Shown in pieces: positions 56,478 to 64,000 of a stretch of DNA of 64,000 nt. The DNA lies in the NCBI GenBank assembly GCA_964453525.1, contig CAYVOV010000023.1, positions 262 through 64,261 on the forward strand, given 5' to 3'. A model generated the notes under the pieces. It did not search any database. It saw nothing but the letters and a program-made list of their open reading frames with translations, and was not told the DNA's origin. Position 1 is the first letter of the stretch, and every line of letters begins with the position of its first letter. Origin of the DNA: an uncultured Dehalococcoidales bacterium (GTDB lineage: Bacteria > Chloroflexota > Dehalococcoidia > Dehalococcoidales > UBA2162). Made by a program: the position numbers and the translations under genes.

Positions 56478-57115
56478 GCGGACCGACCGACAACCTTGAT
56501 TCCATAGCCGAACAAATAAGACAGAATTTAACGGTCAAGGACAAAGCTAGAGAAAAGATGCTGCCACTGTGCCGGGAAGCGATTCGCTGCTCGAGCGAGG
56601 CTATCCGGGCAATACACCGGCAGGAATTTGAAAAGGCTGAAGGCTCACTTGAGTCAGCCCGGAAGCTGCTCATCGAAGCCGGGCAAGCCCTGGCTGACAG
56701 CAACGAACTGACCAACACCGGATTCTTAAGGGACTCCCAGAAGGAGTTCGTCGAAGCAAATGCCGTTCTTGCTATAGTAACCGGGAAACCACTGTCGACT
56801 CCCGGTGAGCTTGGTGTTGACTCCGCCGCCTACCTGAACGGTCTCGGAGAAGCCGCCAGTGAACTGAGGCGGTACCTCCTGGACAGCATGAGGAAAGGAG
56901 ACCTGTCCAAGGGCGAAGAACTGCTGACAGCTATGGATGATATTTACAGCGTCCTTGTTACCGTGGACTTCCCGGATGCCGTAACCGGCGGACTGCGCCG
57001 GACCACCGATATGCTCCGTGGGGTCCTTGAAAGGACGCGGAGTGACCTGACACTGGGTATCACCCAGCAGAACCTCGGACAGAGGATAGAAAAACTCGAG
57101 AGGAATCTTGAGTAA
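56474..57115 (+). CDS. Translin-family protein
   Basis: All-helical ~210 aa; YLNGLGEAASELRRYLLD matches the translin-type YLxGLxDxxGEL core; ATGA overlap with thiE. Confidence 0.5.
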   Translation: MSGPTDNLDSIAEQIRQNLTVKDKAREKMLPLCREAIRCSSEAIRAIHRQEFEKAEGSLESARKLLIEAGQALADSNELTNTGFLRDSQKEFVEANAVLAIVTGKPLSTPGELGVDSAAYLNGLGEAASELRRYLLDSMRKGDLSKGEELLTAMDDIYSVLVTVDFPDAVTGGLRRTTDMLRGVLERTRSDLTLGITQQNLGQRIEKLERNLE

Positions 57116-57157
57116 CCTGAAATCTTGCTTATTCTTTACTGAAAGGAGCCTGACTAA

Positions 57158-59179
57158 ATGGACTTGATATGGTTTGCCGTCATAGCCGGTGTCATCGGAC
57201 TCGGGTTTGTAGTCTATCTTGCTGCTAACGTGTTAAAGAAAAATAAAGGTAGTGAGCGAATTGTCGAGATAACCTCAGCTATCGAGGAAGGCTCTCTTGC
57301 CTTTCTCAAACGCGAATATCTGACTTTAATAGTATTCGTGATAGTTGTTTTCGTGGTTCTATCCGTGATACCGGATATAGGATGGAAAACAGGAATTGCC
57401 TATCTGGTCGGGACGATAGCCTCCGGTGGTGCCGGTTACATAGGGATGAGGATGGGGGTCAAGGCCAACGGGCGGACTGCCACGGCTGCACAGACAGGTT
57501 TAAATCCCGCATTACGCGTCGCTTTCTCAAGCGGAGCCGTAATGGGCACCACCGTAGTAGCACTCGGCATACTCGGCTTGAGTATAATCTACCTTATCTT
57601 CGGCGGAGATGACCTGGTGAATATTATAGTCGGTTTCAGCTTCGGCGCTTCTTCGATTGCTCTTTTCTCCAGGGTGGGTGGGGGTATTTTTACCAAGGGA
57701 GCCGACGTAGGCTCCGACCTGGTAGGAAAGGTAGAAGCAGGTATTCCCGAGGATGACCCGAGAAATCCGGGAGTTATTGCTGATAATGTGGGAGACAACG
57801 TCGGTGACATCGCCGGTATGGGTGCAGACCTCTTTGAATCGTACGCCGCTTCAATTGTTGCCACGCTGGTGGTAGCGGTAGGCGCCGGCTTTGCCTGGAG
57901 CTCGGATATGGCTGTTCTTCCCTTCATCATAGCCGCTGGCGGGATTCTCTCCGGTATAATAGGTACCTTCTTCGTCAGGACGGGAGAGAAGGCGGAGATG
58001 AAATCGTTGCTCTGGGCACTGCGCCGCGGAATATACATAGCTTCGGTACTTGTTGTCGTTATATCGGGAATCGTTATCTGGGCACTCGACGGAGTGGATT
58101 TCGGAGTATTCTGGGCGGTGGTAGCTGGTCTGGTTGCCGGTATACTGATAGGTCTGAGTGTTGAGTACTACACTTCATATACCTATAAACCCACTCAGAG
58201 GATAGCCGAATCAGCCGAAACCGGCACGGGAACGCTTATCATTAAGGGTTTCGGTACTGCGATGCTGAGTACCCTGATACCCGTCCTGCTGGTAGTAGTT
58301 GCCACCGTGGTTTCTTACCGGGTGGCCGACCTGTACGGTATTGCAATAGCGGCACTTGGTATGCTTTCGACGCTTGGTATCACACTGGCGACGGATGCAT
58401 ACGGACCCGTTGCCGACAACGCCGGCGGAATTGCCGAGCAGGCCCATCTTGACCCTGAAGTCAGAGAGCGGACTGATGCCCTGGACTCTCTCGGGAATAC
58501 CACGGCGGCAACGGGCAAGGGTTTTGCCATCGGCTCGGCTGCTCTGGCCGCTCTGGGTATGACGGCAGCATTCGGTGAGACGATGAAGGTTCAGGGATAT
58601 GAGATGGCAATAAGCCTGAGAGACCCTATAACGATAGTCGGTCTTTTCATCGGGGCGATGATGGTTTTTATCTTCAGCGCTTTAACGATGGACGCTGTTG
58701 GTAAGGCGGCGATGGGTATCGTGAATGAAGTGCGCCGTCAATGGCGTGAGATCGCTGGTCTGATGGAGGGTACTGCCAGACCTGATTATGCCAAGTGTGT
58801 CAGTATCTCAACCGGAGCCGCATTAAAGGCAATGATACTTCCCGGTCTACTGGCGGTAATCACGCCGATACTTGTCGGTCTTGTGTTGGGGGCTAATGCT
58901 CTCGGCGGTATGCTGATAGGGGCTATCGGGGCTGGTTTCCTGGTGGCTGTTACCATGGCAAACGCCGGAGGTGCCTGGGATAATGCCAAGAAATGGATTG
59001 AGACTGGCAAATTCGGCGGTAAGGGTTCAGAGGCTCACAAGGCAGCCGTCGTCGGTGACACCGTCGGAGACCCTTTCAAGGACACTTCCGGACCTTCTCT
59101 TAACATTCTGCTGAAACTGATGTCGATTGTGGCAGTGGTGTTCGCCCCGATATTCACCCTTACCGGATGGCTGGGATAG
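57158..59179 (+). CDS. hppA: Membrane-integral H+(or Na+)-translocating pyrophosphatase
   Basis: [39 protein letters not shown] (Ala form, associated with K+-dependent enzymes), [16 protein letters not shown]. Confidence 0.9.
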   Translation: MDLIWFAVIAGVIGLGFVVYLAANVLKKNKGSERIVEITSAIEEGSLAFLKREYLTLIVFVIVVFVVLSVIPDIGWKTGIAYLVGTIASGGAGYIGMRMGVKANGRTATAAQTGLNPALRVAFSSGAVMGTTVVALGILGLSIIYLIFGGDDLVNIIVGFSFGASSIALFSRVGGGIFTKGADVGSDLVGKVEAGIPEDDPRNPGVIADNVGDNVGDIAGMGADLFESYAASIVATLVVAVGAGFAWSSDMAVLPFIIAAGGILSGIIGTFFVRTGEKAEMKSLLWALRRGIYIASVLVVVISGIVIWALDGVDFGVFWAVVAGLVAGILIGLSVEYYTSYTYKPTQRIAESAETGTGTLIIKGFGTAMLSTLIPVLLVVVATVVSYRVADLYGIAIAALGMLSTLGITLATDAYGPVADNAGGIAEQAHLDPEVRERTDALDSLGNTTAATGKGFAIGSAALAALGMTAAFGETMKVQGYEMAISLRDPITIVGLFIGAMMVFIFSALTMDAVGKAAMGIVNEVRRQWREIAGLMEGTARPDYAKCVSISTGAALKAMILPGLLAVITPILVGLVLGANALGGMLIGAIGAGFLVAVTMANAGGAWDNAKKWIETGKFGGKGSEAHKAAVVGDTVGDPFKDTSGPSLNILLKLMSIVAVVFAPIFTLTGWLG

Positions 59180-59500
59180 CTTTAGTTAATGCATCGGCGA
59201 TTACCGTCTTCACCGGACTTACATAGAAGGGAAGTTATTTAAACATCAATAGTCCGGGTAGACTCCAGTTTGTCCGGGCCACTTTTTATAACTATATTCG
59301 CATCCCTTTGACTGTATCAATTTATAAATCATTTGCTGGGATTCTGATGAACCTCACCCCCTTTATCCCCCTCTCCAAACAGTATCATTCTATAAAGAGT
59401 GTGAATATGTATGTTTGGAGAGGGGGAGGAGTTTTTAGAGAGGGGGGCGAAGCCCCCCTCTCTAACTAAATTCCCCCCTTCCCCTTCCTTAAGGAAGAGC

Positions 59501-59660
59501 CTTGCCTCAAAAGTCATTCTGGAGTCCGCCTCTGGCGGACGAAGAATCTCAGGGTGGGGAGTCAAGGTAATCCCCTCCTCCCTGAGACCCTTCGCGGAGT
59601 TTATACTGAGCGGAGTGAATGTGCTCCAGGGTGACAGGGACACACGACTTTTAGGGCAAG
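59501..59660 (+). repeat. Family A MITE-like repeat, copy 4
   Basis: CTTGCCTCAAAAGTCATTCTGGAG...CTCCAGGGTGACAGGGACACACGACTTTTAGGGCAAG. Confidence 0.85.
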
Positions 59661-59755
59661 GCTTTTTTAAGGAGAGGGGGGTTTTCGTAACCGGGGGAGA
59701 GGTTATAATTTCAATAATAATGCGATGAACTTCCGCTGGGACATATACCTTTTAT

Positions 59756-62053
59756 CTAAACGGATTCCACTTTATAGACCTTACACAGCAGCGCTCTCAA
59801 AGCCCACCCTCCGGTGAGGGGGTCGCAGGAGTCGGGGTCATCGAGAGTAAGGACATTGGCATTGGACTGCCATAGTCCGTGCAGCCACGGTTCCTGTGCC
59901 GGCTGTTCGGGAAACCACCAGTGGCTCTCCACGTTGACTACTTTCGGATGAATCGTGGGCGTAACATTCGCTTTCTGTTTTATTACTCCTCGCCTTGTCT
60001 CGATGTATGCCCAGTCGCCATTAGCAATTCCCAGTTCCCGGGCTGTATCAGGGTGGATATCCATTAGCGGTTCAGGATGCTTTTCCCGCATCCCGATGCC
60101 AGGCTGGCGCATCTCGGAATGAAACAGAGGTCTTGACCTTCCTCCGGTAGTCAGTATCAGAGGATAATCTTTTGCAGTATCCGGGGTCCTGACTGGACTC
60201 TCCGGAGGTTCCTCATAGAAGGGCAGGGGGTCATAACCAAGCTCCTTCAGCACATTCGAATAAAGCTCTGCCTTACCTGAAGGCGTGGCAAATCCCGTTG
60301 GCTTTCCCGTATTCGGATTTATCGTCTGGTAAGTCCAGGGTTCATCACTATTTATTATATGTATCTCGGTGGCGGCTTCCTTATGAGTTATTCCCAGCGG
60401 TTCCAGTCGGAAATCAGCCAGTTGCTCCTCGGTCTCCCAGGGGAAATATTCGCCGAAACCCAGCTTAACGGCCAGCCCGCGGAAGAAGTCGAAATCAGAC
60501 CTGCGTTCTCCGAGAGGTTCGATTGCCCTCTCCCCGCACTGGAACGAGGCTGAGAAATCCTCCGCGGTGCTGCACATCGGTTTCTCAAGCTTGCTGGCTA
60601 TCGGCAGGACATAGTCCGCCAGCAGAGCGGTCGGTGTCATGAAATGTTCCAGGACTACGTGAAGCTCAAGATTGGGACTCTTCAACGCCTTATAAACAAG
60701 CTTGGTATTGGCTGCGTTCAGCAGCGGATTCGAGCCCCAGGTAATTATTGCCTTTATGGGATAAGGTTTTTCGTCGAGTATCGCCCGCCATATCGAAGGC
60801 TGATGACTGAGGAAATCATGCCCGCTCATGCAGAGAGGTATGCCATAAAGTTCGCGGTAGTGCCTGGCGGTTGGCTCATAGGAAGCCGACCAGGCCATAA
60901 GCCTGAACCGCTCCGAGGCAATCTGCCTGGTTCTCTGCTCCGGAGGGCATTTGTCTTCAAGCTGCAGCATCGAGTCGCGGATGCCCATTTTTCCATTAAT
61001 TACCGGCCCCGGCCCCAGCGGTGTTTCACCGTCGTCCGCTCCAAGGTTTCCGGTTATGGCACGCAGGCAGGTTTTCGCCTGTTCGACCCGTATTGAATTC
61101 AATCCAATCTCGTCCGGCGCCACACCGAACCAGCCGCCGAAGGAGCCCGGTTTGACTGTTGCGTACATCCTCGCCGATTCCCTTATCTTCTCCGCCGGTA
61201 CCCAGGTTATCTCCGCCACCTTATCCGGAGTATATTCGGCGGCACGCTCCTTCAACCTGTCGAAGCCGAAAGTCCACTTCTTAACGAAGTCCTTATCGTA
61301 GAGGTTCTCTTCAATAATCACGTTTATCCAGGCAAGGAACAAAGCGGCATCGGTGCCGGGCCTGATTTGAAGCCAGATATCAGCCTGCTCGGCAAGTTCC
61401 GTCCGCCTGGGGTCGATTACGATAAGCTTTATATCTTCCCCTTTCCGCATCCGCTCTTTAATGTCCAGCCATTTCTTCCGCCGGGACTGAATTATATTCC
61501 AGCCGGAAAAAACAAGGCACCTGGTAACGCTATAATTATCCCGGAGGGTGACAGTCCCCAGCAAAGCCCGCCGCATTGCCTGCTTGTTACAGGCACAAAC
61601 AGTGCCGGCGCAGCCGATGTTGCCCGGATTGCCGAACAGGTTCAGGAAGCGGGTACGTATTCCATACATATCGCTTCTCATTGTCCCCTCGGTTAGAGCC
61701 AGGCTTTCGGCACCGTAATCGGCCTTGAGCTGTGTTAAATTTGCAGCTATCTCATCCAGTGCCTGGCCCCAGGAAATCCTTTCCCATTTGTTCTCACCGC
61801 GCTCCCCGGCCCTTTTTAGAGGATGCATAAGCTGGTCCGGGTGATGCAGCCACTCCGTGAGATGCGGCAGTCTGTCCGGGCAATTCTGAAAAAGGCGCTC
61901 ACCGTTTACGAGCTTTCTGTTACCCCTGAGCTTAATAATCTGCCCGTCCTTCACTTCCGCCAGAATGGCACACCGGTCATGACAGCCCGGTGATGCCCAG
62001 CACATCAGTTTTTTAACCTCGATGTCCTCTTTACCAGCAACTCTGTCTTTCAT
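59756..62053 (-). CDS. Molybdopterin oxidoreductase (DMSO-reductase/MopB superfamily), cytoplasmic, substrate unknown
   Basis: N-terminal Fe-S Cys motif CWASPGCHDRC...(29 aa)...C, no Tat signal, molybdopterin-binding and C-terminal dinucleotide-binding barrel (GDWAYIETRRG). Confidence 0.75.
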   Translation of the reverse strand: MKDRVAGKEDIEVKKLMCWASPGCHDRCAILAEVKDGQIIKLRGNRKLVNGERLFQNCPDRLPHLTEWLHHPDQLMHPLKRAGERGENKWERISWGQALDEIAANLTQLKADYGAESLALTEGTMRSDMYGIRTRFLNLFGNPGNIGCAGTVCACNKQAMRRALLGTVTLRDNYSVTRCLVFSGWNIIQSRRKKWLDIKERMRKGEDIKLIVIDPRRTELAEQADIWLQIRPGTDAALFLAWINVIIEENLYDKDFVKKWTFGFDRLKERAAEYTPDKVAEITWVPAEKIRESARMYATVKPGSFGGWFGVAPDEIGLNSIRVEQAKTCLRAITGNLGADDGETPLGPGPVINGKMGIRDSMLQLEDKCPPEQRTRQIASERFRLMAWSASYEPTARHYRELYGIPLCMSGHDFLSHQPSIWRAILDEKPYPIKAIITWGSNPLLNAANTKLVYKALKSPNLELHVVLEHFMTPTALLADYVLPIASKLEKPMCSTAEDFSASFQCGERAIEPLGERRSDFDFFRGLAVKLGFGEYFPWETEEQLADFRLEPLGITHKEAATEIHIINSDEPWTYQTINPNTGKPTGFATPSGKAELYSNVLKELGYDPLPFYEEPPESPVRTPDTAKDYPLILTTGGRSRPLFHSEMRQPGIGMREKHPEPLMDIHPDTARELGIANGDWAYIETRRGVIKQKANVTPTIHPKVVNVESHWWFPEQPAQEPWLHGLWQSNANVLTLDDPDSCDPLTGGWALRALLCKVYKVESV

Positions 62054-62079
62054 TTTTCTGTCTTAACCTTTCAATATCG

Positions 62080-62494
62080 TTAAGTTGGAGCCGTTTCCTG
62101 ACCCGGAGGTCTGGGAGGCACGGCAAAAGCCATACATACCGAGGCTATTACAAACAATATCGCCAGCAGTAAAAAGGCATCAATATAACTGCTGGTCCTA
62201 TCATGCACCCCTCCGGCGAAGATAGGACCCATAACTCCCACCGGCGTCATGATAAACCTGGACTACCCATAATAAAACCAAGGGCTTTCCTGCCGAAATA
62301 CCGCCCCGGAAGCGTCCGATGCTGGCAGCAATAGAGGTAGGGGTGCGGTTGAGACCCAGTTCCATGGATAGAGGAATAAACAGGGCAGGCATTCCATTAT
62401 TGTAAAAACCCAGCCCCCAGAGACTCAGAAGGCCGCTGGTGATGACAGTCCACCAGCGAAAAAATATTCTGGAAAACCTGTCCCTGATTTTCAA
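62080..62494 (-). pseudogene. Remnant of an MFS (oxalate/formate-antiporter-like) transporter gene with an internal deletion and frameshift
   Basis: N-terminal TM1-2 (FFRWWTVITSGLLSLWGLGFYNNGMPALFIPLSMELGL) in one frame. The MFS-type C-terminus (MGPIFAGGVHDRTSSYIDAFLLLAILFVIASV) is in another frame. Total length is only ~415 nt. Confidence 0.6.
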
Positions 62495-62619
62495 AATAGG
62501 CCCCGTTTAAAAATGAACCTGCTGTCCGGTTACGATACTAACCGGCGGACGTCACGAAAGATAGTATTTCTGAGTGTAGTTTTATCCCGCTGATTTGTCA
62601 ATTCGGGAGACAGGGAGGA

Positions 62620-63249
62620 TCAGGTACGCAGGAAGGGATTTCCAGAGCGCTCGGCTCCGATAGTGGTGTGAGGTCCGTGTCCGGGATAAACCACGGTGCT
62701 GTCCGGCAGCACCATCAGCTTGGTGTAAATACTATCCATTAGCTGGCGTCCGCTGCTGCCCGGAAAATCGTACCTCCCGATGCCGAAGTTGAAAAGGGTG
62801 TCACCGCTGAAGACCACTCCCTCGCCGATGAGACAGATGCCGCCCGGCGAATGCCCCGGGGTATGAACAACGAGGAAATGCAGGCCTCCGATATCCAGGC
62901 TATCACCGCCTTTCAGCAATAGGTCAGCGGGGGCCGTTTCACCCATAGAAAACCCGAATCCCATCCGTCCCCCGCGGCGGTTCGAGGGGTCAAGTGAACC
63001 GGCTTCATTTTCATGGATGGCAACTTGAGCTCCGGTGGCGTCTTTTACTCCTTTTATCCCGCCGATGTGGTCCGGGTGACTGTGAGTCAGGACTATATAC
63101 TTTATCTTTAGACCTAGTTCCTCAATCCTTTTAACAATCACGCCCGGCTCCTCACCGGGGTCGATTACCATACCTTCCTTAGTATTTTCATCGCCAACAA
63201 TATAGCAATTGGCGGCAATCATTCCCACTTCAAGCTTTTCAATAATCAT
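62620..63249 (-). CDS. Metallo-beta-lactamase-fold hydrolase (GloB-like)
   Basis: LTHSHPDHIGG, HTPGHSPG, GDTLF, PGHG. Confidence 0.85.
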   Translation of the reverse strand: MIIEKLEVGMIAANCYIVGDENTKEGMVIDPGEEPGVIVKRIEELGLKIKYIVLTHSHPDHIGGIKGVKDATGAQVAIHENEAGSLDPSNRRGGRMGFGFSMGETAPADLLLKGGDSLDIGGLHFLVVHTPGHSPGGICLIGEGVVFSGDTLFNFGIGRYDFPGSSGRQLMDSIYTKLMVLPDSTVVYPGHGPHTTIGAERSGNPFLRT

Positions 63250-63736
63250 CTTTTTCCTTTCCTGCTTCGGGTTATTTAATTTACATAATGTTGATAGTAA
63301 GTAAAATTAGCCGTTTAACAAAACATTTTAGCATCAAAACAGGCTGGTCACAAGAAAATTCTTTTATATACGTCCTCCTGATTCATTTCTGATTTCGGTA
63401 ATGTAACCTTAAAGACCAAGGAACATTTATCACGTATCACACTTGTTCTTCACCAGCCTTATCTCAAATGTCATTCTGAGTCCCGATGAAATCAGGATGC
63501 CCCGCCCCTGCTGAGGCCTCGTGCGGCGGGCAGGTATTTATCCCCCTCTGAAACAGTTCCATGCTATGCAATGTGGTTATTCACTTGTTTGAGAGAGGGA
63601 AAGATTGTTGAGAGGGGACGGAGCCCCCTCTTTTCATTTTAGGGTGGCGGGCGGGAATAGATAAATTCTGTATACTCTCTTGACTGCTCCATATTCATCC
63701 TGTATACTTGCCTGTCCAAGTGGAAAATCAGTCAAT

Positions 63737-64000
63737 ATGCGGGGAGGACAAAGATTGATTGATAATAATGCGACTCCCAGACCGATAATCCGTGCTGCTT
63801 CGATTCTTATCGAGAACGGACGGATTTGCCTGGTGAAACAGGAAGTTACCGATACGAGGCACTGGGCGTTACCCGGAGGTAAACTGGAGCTCGGAGAAAC
63901 GCTGTCAGAATGCATAGCGCGTGAGTTTGAAGAAGAAACGGGACTTGTGGTACAGGTCCGGGAGTTGCTGTACGTGACAGATAGAATTACTACAGACCCT
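63737..64000 (+). CDS. NUDIX hydrolase (partial, runs off the window)
   Basis: Nudix box GGKLELGETLSECIAREFEEETGL; not in the ORF track because there is no stop within the window. Confidence 0.75.
   Translation, partial: MRGGQRLIDNNATPRPIIRAASILIENGRICLVKQEVTDTRHWALPGGKLELGETLSECIAREFEEETGLVVQVRELLYVTDRITTDP

Noticed and set aside
63634-63915. 93-aa minus-strand ORF
   Set aside because: It is antisense to the NUDIX gene, whose Nudix box is unambiguous on the plus strand.

Overview
64-kb bacterial chromosomal window, densely coding: about 60 credible CDS and one tRNA-Pro(GGG). I saw no rRNA and no CRISPR array. All family calls come from motifs read by eye in the supplied translations; no similarity search was run, and GC values are hand spot counts on single 60-nt lines.

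**Core region (about 7.0-64 kb), spot GC roughly 50-58 %.** This is ordinary housekeeping and anaerobe-type metabolism:
- queA, cupin, Hsp20, ferredoxin, Crp/Fnr, CDF exporter, queH, HAD phosphatase, acyl-CoA ligase, tatD, MFS
- DUF2284, C_GCAxxG_C_C, thioesterase, Rrf2, Fe-ADH, nitroreductase
- a 5-gene Liv-type ABC importer followed by a corrinoid protein plus URO-D-like methyltransferase
- msrPQ, yggS, mobB, AraC/GyrI, mutL, pcrA, arsR-ACR3, speDE, DRTGG protein, DUF951, pyrF
- a zinc-ribbon-RDD / DUF2339 / DUF3999 membrane trio
- lysA, holB, PSP1, rnhB, yraN, DUF3795, thiE, translin-like protein, membrane H+-PPase, a cytoplasmic molybdopterin oxidoreductase with a decayed MFS gene upstream, MBL hydrolase, and a partial NUDIX gene

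The gene content would fit an anaerobic Chloroflexota/Dehalococcoidia-like organism, but that is inference only.

**Left ~7 kb, spot GC about 33-40 %.** This stretch is composed of orphan genes. It ends in a large serine recombinase whose last 11 codons overlap the 3' end of queA, so it looks like an integrative island. The island carries a self-contained four-gene cassette with two predicted nucleases (PD-(D/E)XK-like and GIY-YIG-like) and two tiny proteins. This cassette is my best candidate for an undescribed defence/addiction-type system.

**Intergenic repeats in the core region.**
- A ~160-bp MITE-like element with nested terminal inverted repeats: four near-identical copies plus degenerate ones.
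- Arrays of 'GTCATTGCGAG...CTCGCAATGAC' hairpin units.
- Short GC-rich 'GAGAGGGG..CCCCTCTC' palindromes.
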